Source: Chiloscyllium plagiosum (Eukaryota). Taken from it: a DNA stretch of 20,000 bases. A model generated the notes under the pieces. It ran no database searches and was not told the origin of the DNA. It was given only the letters and a program-made list of their open reading frames with translations. Made by a program: the position numbers and the translations under genes. This document shows, in pieces, positions 9,380 to 18,814 of this stretch. Location: assembly GCF_004010195.1 (NCBI RefSeq), contig NC_057750.1:13036958-13056957 (forward strand), given 5' to 3'. The number at the start of each line of letters is the position of its first letter. Position 1 is the first letter of the stretch.

Positions 9380-9780
9380 TTGAGGAAAGGTTGAGTAGAT
9401 TCTGAATTGGAATTTAGAAGGGTGAGAGGCGACCTTATTGAAACACACATGGGGAGATTTTGAGAGGTTATTTTCCCTTGTGGGACAGGCTAGGACCAGA
9501 GGAAATAATCTCAAAATAAGGGGTCGCCTATTTAAGGCAGAGTTGAGGATGTATTTCTTCTCTCAGAGGGTGAGGTAAACAGTGGATTTCTTTACCTCAG
9601 AGGGCTGTCAAGATGGGATCGTTCAGTATATTCAAGGGTCAGATGGAGAGATTTTTCATCAGGAAGAGTATCGAGGGTCAAGGAGGTTAAGAATAATCAG
9701 ATCAGCCATTGAATGACCAAAACAGACCCGATGGGCTGAATGGCCCACTTCAGCTCTTCTGTCTTATGTTGTTATGGTTC
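9380..9780 (+). mobile_element. CR1 LINE 3' end (decayed)
   Basis: LEFRRVRGDLIET and RTRGNNLKIRGRLFKAELRMYFFSQRV motifs, then terminal GATGGGCTGAATGGCC and TCTTATG-type repeats. Confidence 0.85.
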
Positions 9781-10059
9781 TCTGGTTTTACATTGAGATG
9801 TTGACAGTTTTGGGGTTGGGTTTTGGTTATTGTATATCAACAAAGATGTATTGCTCGGGGCAACCTTCCGTCGATCTGACAGCTGTGTGTTTTTCACAAA
9901 GCGTGTCTGGAGATCGTGGTGTTGGCTTTGTCTCCGATGGTGGGGAATTTCACTTTGACACGTTGTAGTACTGAGGCCTAGCCAGAAGCCTGACAGCTCC
10001 CCTCCAGCAGTTACTCAATTCCTCTCCAACCTTTCGTGGAGCGAGGGTGGTATTTATTC

Positions 10060-10345
10060 TCCAACCCTAATTGCCCCTAAACTGAGTGCCAAACTAGAGC
10101 TGTTTCAGAAGCTGGGGGTGGGAGTTAATAGTCAACCACATCGCCGTGGGCCTGGAGTCACATGTAGGTCCAGGCCAAGTAAGGACTGAAGATTTCCCTC
10201 CCGAAAGGGAGTTAGTGCTCCCGCTGGGCTTTTATAAAGATCAATGGTAACCTCACGGGTACCATCATTGAGACAAGTTTTGATTTCAAGGTTTACCATT
10301 TGAATTTAAATTACACCAGCATGTAGTATTGTGGCCTGGTGTTTT
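10060..10345 (-). mobile_element. SINE family B copy
   Basis: CCCTAATTGCCCC...GTGGGCCTGGAGTCACATGTAGG...AGATTTCCCTCCC...TTGAATTTAAATTACACCAGC is the reverse complement of family B. Confidence 0.75.
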
Positions 10346-11680
10346 GGATTATTCTGGGAAGGTTTCGCAATGTGCTGCTCCAAGAAATAATCCCCGATAA
10401 AATCCACAAATTCGTCCTCCATGTTAGCCCTGCCTATTAATTGGAGGATTTGTCCAATTAACGTACAGATTAAAACTACCCGTGACTTGTGTTGTGTCCC
10501 TCTGACACCCCTCCACTGTTTCCCCATTTGTACTTTGTCCTACAGTGAGACGACTCAGCACGGACTGACAGATGACTCCCAACTATAACCTCCTTCCCTT
10601 CCTATTCCTTATTTCCACCCAACTGATTCCACATCATCATCTATTGGACCTGTATGTCTCCTATAACAGTATTCCTTTACAAACAATGCCACGTTATCCC
10701 CTTTTCCTTTTTGCCTATTTTTCTGGAATATTGACTACTCTTGAAAAGTGAGTACCCAATCTTGGTCACCTTGCAACCACGTCTCTGCAAATCGTTACCA
10801 AGTCATATTCCATTTGTTCCCATTTGCACCATTGACTCCTCTATACTGTTACAAATCTATTCAGATAATTATCTTAAGCTTTCACTTTTCATTATTTGTA
10901 ATCTCTGATTCAAACCTCTGTTGTTCCTTCTGTCCCTTCCTGTCACACTTTGATTATTGTTCAATACTTCACGATCCTACACCTCTGCTCTCTCATTTCT
11001 TCTTTCTATTTGCACTCCAGATGCATTGTATGCAGGCAGCATGGTGGCTCAGTGGTTAGCACTGCTGCCTCACATTGCCAGGGACCTGGCTTCAATTCCC
11101 AGCCTTGTGCAACTGTCTGTGTGGAGTTTGCACATTCTCCCCGTGGTTTCCTCCCACAATCCAAAGGCGTGCAAGTGAGACTGGATTGCCCATGGTGTTT
11201 AGGGATGTGTGGGTTAGGTCGACTAGCCATGGGAAATGTAGATCGATAGGGTAGGGGTTTGGGATGGGTACCCTCTAGAAGGTTGGCATGGACTTGTTGG
11301 GCTGGATCGCCTGTTTCCACACTGTAGGGGCTCCATTCTATGATTTTGTAATTTCCCTTCAATTAATCCTTAATCAATTAGTTTAAAATCCTATCTACAA
11401 ATCTAATGATACGATTCAGGGACACTGGTCCCTACACTGTTCAAACAAAACCCATCCCAACACTGGGCCAAGTGCCCCACCTGTTTCTCCCAAAGCAATC
11501 TTGAAGCAATGTATTTACCTCTGTGATCTTATTTACTCAATGCCAACTTGCACATGGTTTAGGCAATCATCCAGAGACTATTACCTTTTGTGTGGTCTTT
11601 CATTTAATTTCTGCTGTAATCCCTCAACAGAATTTCTTCCCTAGTCCTACCCATGTCTTTGGCACCTACATGCACCACAC
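10345..11680 (-). mobile_element. 5' part of an old CR1 LINE: ORF1 SGNH-esterase remnant (~11385-11680) and ORF2 AP-endonuclease remnant (~10345-11030)
   Basis: Minus-strand fragments VVHVGAKDMGRTREEILLRD, KVIVSG*LPKP and WDGFCLNSVGT (esterase-like); AETWLQGDQDW, GSFNLYVNW and EDEFVDFIGDYFLEQHIAKP (endonuclease-like). Frameshifted, with stops. Confidence 0.8.
11034..11348 (+). mobile_element. HE1-like V-SINE inserted in the old CR1
   Basis: GGCAGCATGGTGGCTCAGTGGTTAGCACTGCTGCCTCAC head; CCTGTTTCCACACTGTAGGG...ATTCTATGATT tail. Confidence 0.9.
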
Positions 11681-11935
11681 CATAGAGTCTTAGAGATGTA
11701 CAGCACGGAAACAGACCCTTCGGTCCAGATCATCCATGCTGACCAGATATCCCAAATTAATCTAGTCCCTTTTGCCAGCGCTTGACCCATATCCCTCTAA
11801 ACCCTTCCTATTCATATACCCATCCAGGTGCCTTTTAAATGCTGTAATTGTGCCAGCCTCCACCATTTCCTCTGGCAGCTCATTCCATACACACACCACC
11901 CTCTGGGTGAAAAAGTTACCCCGTGAGTCTCTTTT
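11680..11935 (-). mobile_element. HER1-like CR1 3' end
   Basis: Reverse complement of the + strand CR1 at ~15610-15770 and ~16055-16142. Confidence 0.9.
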
Positions 11936-11965
11936 ACATCAGTTAATAGTCAACCATATCGCCGT

Positions 11966-12050
11966 GGGTGGGTTGCGCTTCGGCGGGTCGGTGTGGACTT
12001 GTTGGGCCGAAGGGCCTGTTTCCATACTGTAATGTAATCTAATCTAATCT
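11966..12050 (+). mobile_element. HE1-like SINE 3' fragment
   Basis: GGGTCGGTGTGGACTTGTTGGGCCGAAGGGCCTGTTTCC plus (AATCT)n tail. Confidence 0.85.
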
Positions 12051-12448
12051 AGTTTTGGACTCCCCTACCCTAGGGAAAAGACCTTGACTATTCGCCCTAT
12101 CCATGCCCCTCATGACTTTATAAACCTTTGCACATAGTTCTGCTATTAGTTGTGTTCCTCTGTGACCCCACATTACACAAAAATCGTTCAATGCAGACAC
12201 ATGTGAAATGTTGGTGATGTAATTGCATTCTAGCCAATGCACAACTTAAAAACACGCTTTTTAGAAAAAGTGTTCCCTCGGCACCCAATCACGTTAGAGC
12301 CAATTCACATTAACAGAAGACGCGTTATAGCAGAACTACCTATACAAGGTCACCCCTCAGCCTCCGACGCTCCAGGGAAAGCAGCCCCAGCTTATTCAGC
12401 CTCTCCCTTTACCTCGAACCCTCCAACCCTGGCAATATCGTTGTTAAT
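12047..12448 (-). mobile_element. CR1 ORF2 fragment split by a MITE
   Basis: KVYKVMRGMDRANSQGLFPRVGESKTR on the minus strand; continues after 12344 with AGGTCACCCCTCAGCCTCCGAC. Confidence 0.85.
12131..12342. mobile_element. MITE, probably Tc1-mariner/pogo (Tigger-like)
   Basis: Perfect 12-bp inverted repeat TAGTTCTGCTAT (12135-12146) / ATAGCAGAACTA (12327-12338). It interrupts the CR1 at the TA of AAACCTCTATAAGG; flanks are TG and TA. Confidence 0.7.
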
Positions 12449-12459
12449 CTTATCATCAT

Positions 12460-12585
12460 TACTTAGATTTAGATTACTTACAGTGTGGAAACAGGCCCTT
12501 CGGCCCAGCAAATCCACACTGATCCTCTGAAGAGCAACCCACCCAGACCCATTCCCCTACATTTACCCCTTCACCTAACACTATA
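12460..12585 (-). mobile_element. HE1-like SINE 3' fragment
   Basis: TTAGATTTAGATTAC...GTGTGGAAACAGGCCCTTCGGCCC...CCCAGACCCATTCCCC. Confidence 0.85.
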
Positions 12586-13067
12586 ATTTAAAATGGAATA
12601 TAATGGAATATAATGGTGCTCCTCAGCTGCAATAAAGTGAACCACCCAGCCAATCAAAAGAGACAGGCAAGGAATACCCACCAATCACCTGTTTTCCTGT
12701 GAGGTCACTGTTTAGCCCTGACAGAAAGAAACATGTTGAAGGGGTTGCCTGCTCTTCGCGTTTATCCCCTGCTATCACTGCCCCTCTCACACAGCTCTGC
12801 TAGTCTCACAGGAGTTGCCGTCCCTGCGCTATCTGGGGCACAGCTGACCTCACTCTCTCCCACACAGTTTCTCAATGAATTCCCCCCCTCCCCCACCACA
12901 CCTCTCTCTCTCTTTCAGATGTTCAGCCTCCTCCAGAACCAGCCACCTTCAGTGCTCCAGGCAAAGCCTGCCCGCCTCCAGCCTTTTGCCAAACGCCAGA
13001 GGCACTGCAGCGATCTCCCTCATAATTTAACGGCCCGGCTAAGATAACGGGCCATGGGTTCAAACCG

Positions 13068-13177
13068 GGAGAAAGTGAGGACTGCAGATGCTGGAGTACA
13101 AGAGTTGAAAAAAGTCGTGCTGGAAAAACACAGCAGGCCAGGCAGCATCCGAGGAGCAGGAGAATCGACGTTTCGGG
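13068..13177 (-). mobile_element. PLE-derived element, single arm
   Basis: GGAGAAAGTGAGGACTGCAGATGCTGGAG...GGAGAATCGACGTTTCGGG is the reverse complement of the family 3' end. Truncated within hammerhead stem II. Confidence 0.85.
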
Positions 13178-13252
13178 AACCCATAACAGGGCAGCTGCTG
13201 CAATTTAAAATTCAATTAATAAATCTGTGGAACTGAAAGCTAAGGAGCTCAA

Positions 13253-14171
13253 ATCATAGAATCCCTACAGTGTGGAAGCAGGCCATTCAGCCCCTTGAGT
13301 CCACACTGACCCTCTGAACAGAATCCCCAACCAAAACCCATCCCCCCAGTCTATATTTCCCATGGCTAATCCACCTAACCTGCACATCATTGGACACTAT
13401 GGGCAATTTACCATGGCCAATCCACCCTAACCTACACATCCCTGGACACCATGGGCAATTTACCATGGCCAATCCACCCTAACCTACACATCTTTGGACT
13501 CTATGGTCAATTTCCCATGGCTAATCCTCCTAATCTACACATCCCTGGACACCATGGGCAATATACCATAGCCAATCCACCCTAACCTATACATCTTTGG
13601 ACTCTATGGTCAATTTCCCATGGCTAATCCTCCTAACCTGCATATCCCTGGACACCACAGGCAATTTACCATAGTCAATCCACCCTAACCTACACATCTT
13701 TGGAAACTATGGTCAATTTAGATTAGATTAGATTCCCTACGTATGGAAACAGGCCATTCAGCCCAAAAGGTCCACACCGACCCTCCAAAGAATAACCCAC
13801 CCTATATTTACCCGTGACTAATGCACCTAACTCTATGGGCAATTTAGTTTGGCCAGTTCTCCTGACCTACACATCTTTGGACTGCAGGAGGAAACTGGAG
13901 CACCCGGAGGAAACCCATACAGACACGGGGAGAATGTGCAAACCACACAGACGGTTACCTGAGGCTGGAATCAAACCCGGGTCCCTAGCGTTGTTAGGCA
14001 GTAGTGCTAACCACTAAGCCTCTATGCCACCCCAATTTACCCTGGACAATCCTCCTAACCTACACATCCCTGGATACTATGGACAATTTACCATGGCCAT
14101 CCAACACAACCTACACATCTTTGAACGCTATGGTCAATTTTCCATGGCCAATCCACCTAACCTACACATCT
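13253..14171 (-). repeat. HE1-like SINE tail followed by a 51-52 bp minisatellite (~10 units: 13360-13720 and 14040-14171)
   Basis: Unit CCATGGCCAATCCACCCTAACCTACACATC(CC/TT)TGGAC(ACC/TCT)ATGG(G/T)CAATTTA matches an internal HE1 segment. Confidence 0.9.
13721..14032 (-). mobile_element. Full-length HE1-like V-SINE inserted in the minisatellite
   Basis: Runs from a (GATTA)n tail to the GTGCTAACCACTAAGCC head. Flanking direct repeat CAATTTA at 13714-13720 and 14033-14039. Confidence 0.9.
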
Positions 14172-14964
14172 ACCACCAATGACTGTTTTTTTTAAATACG
14201 AAAACTGATCTGGTTGACTAATGGCATTCAGGGAGGGAAATCAGCGGTCCTTACTGGGTCTGGGCCTACATGTGACGCCAGACCCATGGTATTGGAGTTG
14301 ACTGTCTACTGCTCTCTGAAGGGTTCAGCAAACCATTCAGCTCAAGGGGCAGTTTGGGATTGACACCAAGTGCTGGCCATGTCACTGCATCCACATGAAA
14401 GGACTCGAAGATCTGCCAGTTACTGATCATTAAAGCATCGCCTACTCAGAGAAATAAAAGCTCATCTCAGCGCCCTTCTGCTCCTGGAATAATTGGAGCT
14501 GCCTTGGGTTTTAACACTTGCATTAGTTAAAGAACAGAAGAAATCCTCATGACTCATTAATTTGCAATCTTAGCCCCAAAAATATCTCTGCGTCAAAGAT
14601 TTTTGCTGTAAGACTCGCAAACGACTATCTTTAGGAATTGACAATTAACATGAAATGATAAATAAAGCTCGCGCAAGCAATTTAAGAGGCTCCATTTGTG
14701 TTATAATGATGGGTCTGAGTTAACTTGAGAAACAGCTGCATCTTCAAGCGTACTTTTTTTGATGTTATTACCACCAGTGTCTGACGAACTCAATCACTCA
14801 CACAAGAGTTCGGTTTTGTGTCGCTGTAGGATTTTATACTCATCAGGATGAAAGATTGGAATTTAATGGATCATTTTGCCTGTTCAGGCATCCAGTGTTC
14901 ATAAACAGCACCCTCAGGATAGATAATACGGCCTAGTGTGGAGTGAAGCCTCCATTTCAAAAGC

Positions 14965-15290
14965 TGTGGTAGAGTGATTATGTCTTGAGTTTGACAAGGC
15001 CAATGCTAATGTTCTGGGGATGTGGGTGCAATTGACCCACCAAGCCAACAATGATAGTTAAATGTAACAGAAATCTGGAATTGTTGTTAAAAACTCTTTT
15101 GGCCCGATTATGTCCTTCAGGGCGGGAAATCTGCCACCCTTACCTGGTCTGGCCTAAACGTGACTCCAGACCCACAGCGATGTGGTTAACTCTTATCTGC
15201 CCCTTGAAATGACCTAGCGAGCCAATCAATTAGGAATGGGTAATAAACACTGACCTTGCTGCATCCTGTAAAATAATTCTTTTAAAAAGC
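14965..15290 (+). mobile_element. SINE family B copy
   Basis: GGGAAATCTGCCACCCTTACCTGGTCTGGCCTAAACGTGACTCCAGACCCACAGCGATGTGGTTAACTCTT core. Confidence 0.8.
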
Positions 15291-16142
15291 CTCCAGTGTC
15301 TCACAATTTGGAATACTGTCTGCAATTCTGGCCTCCGTGCTGTTGTGAAACTTGAAAGGGTTCAGAAAAGGTTTACAATGATGTTGGCCAGGGTTGGAGG
15401 GTTTGAGCTACATGGAGAGGCTGAACAGGCTGGGGCTGTTTTCCCTGGAGCGGTCGGAGGCTGAGGGGTGACCTTATAGAGGTTTATAAAATCATGAGGG
15501 GCATGGATAAGGTGAATAGACAAGGTCTTTTTCCGGGGGTGGGGGAGTCCAGAACTAGAGGGCATAGGTTTAGGGTGAGAGGGGAAAGATATAAAAGGGA
15601 CCTAAGGGGCAACCTTTTCACACAGAGGGTGGTACGTGTATGGAATGAGCTGCCAGAGGAAGTGGTGGAGGCTGGTACAATTGCAACATTTAAAAGGCAT
15701 CTGGATGGGTATATGAATAGGAAGGATTTAGAGGGATATGGGCTAAATGCTGGCAAATGGGGCTAGATTTATGAGCAGCATGGTAGCTCAGTGGTTAGCA
15801 CTGCTGCCTCACAGCATCAGGGACCCCAGCTCGATTCCAGCCTCGGGTGACTGTCTGTGTAGAGTTTGCACATTCTTCCCGTGTCTGTGTGGGTTGCCTC
15901 CCACAGTCCAAAGATGTACAGGCCAGGTGAATTGGCTATGTTAAACTGCCCATCGTGTTAGGTGTATTAGTCACGGGGAAATGGGTGTGCTACTCTCTGG
16001 AGGGTCTGGTTGGACCAAAGGGCCTGTATCCACACTTTAGGGAATCTAACCTAGAAATTAATTTAGGATATCTGGTTGGTACGGGCTAGTAGGACAAAGG
16101 GTCTGTTTTCATGCTGTACATCTCTATGAGTTTGTGACTCTA
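15290..16142 (+). mobile_element. HER1-like CR1 3' end interrupted by an HE1 SINE
   Basis: ORF 15494-15766 MRGMDKVNRQGLFPGVGESRTRGHRFRVRGERYKRDLRGNLFTQRVVRVWNELPEEVVEAGTIATFKRHLD is the CR1 ORF2 C-terminus. The tail resumes at ~16055. Confidence 0.93.
15773..16054 (+). mobile_element. HE1-like V-SINE
   Basis: GCAGCATGGTAGCTCAGTGGTTAGCACTGCTGCCTCACAGC head; GGGCCTGTATCCACACTTTAGGGAATCTAA tail. Confidence 0.9.
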
Positions 16143-16768
16143 CAAGTGGACAGGCTGGTTAAGGTAGCCTTCAGCATGCTTGCCTTCATTGCTCGGACCT
16201 TTGAGTCTAGGGGTTAGGACGCTACGTTGAGGTTGTATTGGGTGTTGGTGAGGCCGCTTCTGCAGTTCCGGTCGCCCTGTTATAGAAAGGATATAATTAA
16301 ACTGGAGAGGGTTCAGAAAAGATTTCCCAGGATGTTGCCAGGAATGGAGGGCTTGAGTTATAAGGAGAGGCTGGATAGGTAGGGTCTTTTTTTTAACTTG
16401 GAACGTCGGAGGCTGAGGGGTGGCTGATAGAGGTTTTTAAAATCATGAGAGGCATGGGTAGGGTAAATGGCAGGTGTCTTTTCCCGAGAGTGGGGGATTT
16501 CAAGACTCGGGGAAGGGGAAAGATTTAAAAAGGACATGAGAAGTAACTTTTATACACAGAGTGGTTCATGTGTGGAGTGAACTTCCTGAGGAAGTAGTGG
16601 ACGTGGGTACAGTTACAATGTTTAAAAACATTTAGATAAGTACATGAAGGGGAAAGGTTTGGAGGGATATGGGGCAGGAGCAGGCAGGCGGGACTAGTTT
16701 AGTTTGGGATTCTGGTCGACACGGACTGGTTGGGCTGAAGGATCTGTTTCCATGCCAAACGACTCAAT
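16143..16768 (+). mobile_element. CR1 LINE 3' end (different subfamily)
   Basis: YRKDIIKLERVQKRFPRMLPGMEGLSYKERLDR motif; tail TGGGCTGAAGGATCTGTTTCC. Confidence 0.9.
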
Positions 16769-16824
16769 AAATGTGCCTCCATACCATTTTTACATGAGCG
16801 GTTCCCTTTTCAAACCATCCTTGC

Positions 16825-17054
16825 AGGTTCACTCATGTCCCTTAGAGGAGGGAAATCTGCCATCCTTACCTGATCTGGCCTACATGTGACTCCAGGCCCA
16901 CAGCAAGGTGGGTGGCTCTCAGTAACCCTTTGAAACAGCTTGATGCACCACTCAGTTCAAGGGCAATTGTCCTTAATTGCCCCTTCAGCTAAGTGTCTCC
17001 TTCAGACGTTTCTGAGGGCAGTTAAGAGCCAACGGCATTGCTGTGGGTCTGGAG
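16825..17054. mobile_element. Two SINE family B fragments, tail-to-tail (+ 16825-16968; - 16972-17054)
   Basis: ...CTCAGTTCAAGGGCAATT gtcctt AATTGCCCCTTCAGCTAAG...CATTGCTGTGGGTCTGGAG. Confidence 0.75.
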
Positions 17055-17200
17055 GGTCTGGAAGCCAGAGGATTGGGAAGCCTTTAAAAACCAGCAGAGG
17101 ATAACTTAAAACGCAATAACCGAGAGAGAGGTGAAAGATGTGCGTAGTCTACGTCGTAATATAAAAGAAGATTGGATTTTATTTTGGATATATAAAACAT
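17055..17200 (+). mobile_element. CR1 ORF2 internal fragment
   Basis: PEDWEAFKNQQRIT...NIKED...YIK resembles the region between the CR1 endonuclease and RT domains. Confidence 0.7.
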
Positions 17201-17204
17201 ATAA

Positions 17205-17549
17205 TAGAAAGTATGTAGGTTAGCTCACTGAGCTGGAAGGTTTGTTTTCAGACATTTCGTCACCATGACTAGGTGTCATCATCAGTGAGTGTCTCTGGTG
17301 AAGTGCTGGTGGTAGGTCCCGTCTCTTTATTGATAGATCTTGGTTTCTTAAGGTGGGTGATGTCATTTCTGGTTCTTTTCTCGAGGGGAGGTTGATAGGA
17401 TCTAACTCGATGTGTTTATTGATGGGGTTCTGGTTAGACTGCCATGCCTCTAAGAATTCTAATATGTGTCTTTGTTTTGCCTGACCTAGGATGTGTGTGT
17501 TGCCCCAGTCAAAGTGGTGTCCTTCTTTGTCTGTATGTGTGGAAACTAT
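17205..17549 (-). mobile_element. Penelope-like element (Penelope/Poseidon type) 3' fragment: GIY-YIG endonuclease C-terminus plus hammerhead-bearing end
   Basis: Open frame 17546->17220 reads VSTHTDKEGHHFDWGNTHILGQAKQRHILEFLEAWQSNQNPINKHIELDPINLP..., matching the PLE pattern H.FDW....IL...E.LEA......IN. Confidence 0.85.
17248..17288 (-). ncRNA. Minimal type I hammerhead ribozyme motif
   Basis: Minus strand TCA-CTGATGA-T-GACACC-TAGTCAT-GGTGAC-GAAA-TG-TC-TGA: 3-bp helix I, 5/6-bp helix II, intact core and UC cleavage site. Confidence 0.7.
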
Positions 17550-17635
17550 AGACTCGGACCCGTGGGCACAGCCTTAGAATTAGAGGGGTCAATTTAGAAC
17601 GGAAATGAAGAGACATTTCTTCAGCCAGAGAGTGT
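17550..17635 (+). mobile_element. CR1 ORF2 C-terminal fragment
   Basis: TRTRGHSLRIRG / FRTEMKRHFFSQRV. Confidence 0.8.
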
Positions 17636-17780
17636 ATTTTCACGGCCAGTGCGACTATCTTTTATAATTCAGAATGTTTTAACCAAAAATGATTAAGTTG
17701 CACCATTTGCCGTGATGGAATCTGAAACCATGGCCCGAAAGTTCTAGATAGATCCGCAGTCAGTGAGTGTACCACTGAAC
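17635..17780 (-). mobile_element. Degenerate SINE family B head
   Basis: TTCAGAATGTTTTAA...CACCATTTGCCGTGATGGAATCTGAAACCATG...CAGTGAGTGTACCACT resembles the reverse complement of the family B 5' half. Confidence 0.5.
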
Positions 17781-18135
17781 CCCGCAGACATGCGTTAGTA
17801 CTCTATCAGAGCTATGGAGAAGAGCAGCACAGGGATCATGACACTGGGCTAGTAAGGCTGGACTAGCCCAGTGCAAAGGCCACTGGGTAATCTAAATTCA
17901 GTCAATCAATCAAACATTCTTGAGCTACTAAAGGTTATGGTGACTGGGAAGGATCAAACCTGCGAATAACCAACATACTGGTTTTGTGTACCTCAAAATG
18001 GAGCTCCAATACATTCATTTGCGTGTTTTATTGGTCTCTCTGTCTCTGGGGACCTTGAAACCATTGGATTGCCAAAAGTAACAGTACATGGAGCAGCTAG
18101 TGTCAGGGTTAGAGTACATTATGGAGACCAGAAGA

Positions 18136-18668
18136 ATCATAGAATTCCTACAGAACAGAAGCAGGCTATTCAGCTGACACCCAACCCTCCCAAGAGCATC
18201 CCACACAGATCCACCCTATCCCTCCCTATGTTTCTCACGGCTAACCCGCCTAACCTGAGAGGAAGTATAAACTGCACATGTTGGAGAGTTAGGGTCGAAG
18301 AGTGTGGCGCTGGTAAAACGCAGCAGGTCAGGCAACATCCGAGGAGCAGGAGAGTCAATGTTTCGGGCATAAGGCCTTCATAAGGAATGATTCCTGATGA
18401 AGGGCTTATGCCCGAAATACCGACTCTCCTGCTCCTCAGATGTTGCCTGGTCGGCTGTGCTTTCCCAGCATCACACATCTCCAACCCACACATCCCTGGA
18501 CACTATGAGGCAATTTAGCACGGCCAATCCACCTAAGTTGCACGTGAGGAAACCATGGGAGGAAACCGACAGACAGAATATGTAAATTCCACATTGACAG
18601 TTGCCTGAGGGTGTAACCGAACCGGGATCCCTGGTGCTGTGAGGCAGCAGTGCTAATCGCTGAGCCAA
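18136..18668 (-). mobile_element. HE1-like V-SINE split by a PLE fold-back element
   Basis: Tail piece 18136-18257 (AATCATAGAATTCCTACAG) and head piece 18482-18668 (GGCAGCAGTGCTAATCGCTGAGCCA). Confidence 0.85.
18257..18482 (-). mobile_element. PLE-derived fold-back element (older, diverged arms)
   Basis: Arms ~18299-18388 and ~18390-18480 around the centre GGAAT-G-ATTCC. CTGATGA at 18394-18400 and GAAA at 18414-18417, but the UH site is lost. Confidence 0.85.
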
Positions 18669-18814
18669 CCCAAGCGTGAAAGCTCAGAAATGGCAGGATA
18701 CTGAGATGACCTGTCTGCTCAGTGAGCTCAGGAGCACCAAAGATGAGCTGAATAATTACTGGGAAATCATCGAATAGGCAGAGGAGGTAAAGGTGAAGAC
18801 ATTCTGGATACTCT

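Larger units (their letters stand above)
13053..14402 (+). mobile_element. SINE family B copy in three pieces (~13053-13067, ~13178-13250, ~14175-14402)
   Basis: CATGGGTTCAAACC | GGCAGCTGCTGCAATTTAAAATTCAATTAATAAATCTG | ATCTGGTTGACTAATGG...GGCCTACATGTGAC. The pieces are collinear with the other family B copies. Confidence 0.65.

Noticed and set aside
12591..12616. AATGGAATAT x2.5 repeat
   Set aside because: Trivial slippage duplication.
13360..14171. CRISPR-like array
   Set aside because: Contiguous tandem units without unique spacers, derived from a SINE, in vertebrate DNA with no cas genes.
15484..15766. 90-aa ORFs on both strands as host genes
   Set aside because: CR1 ORF2 C-terminus and its antisense frame; the upstream part is frameshifted.
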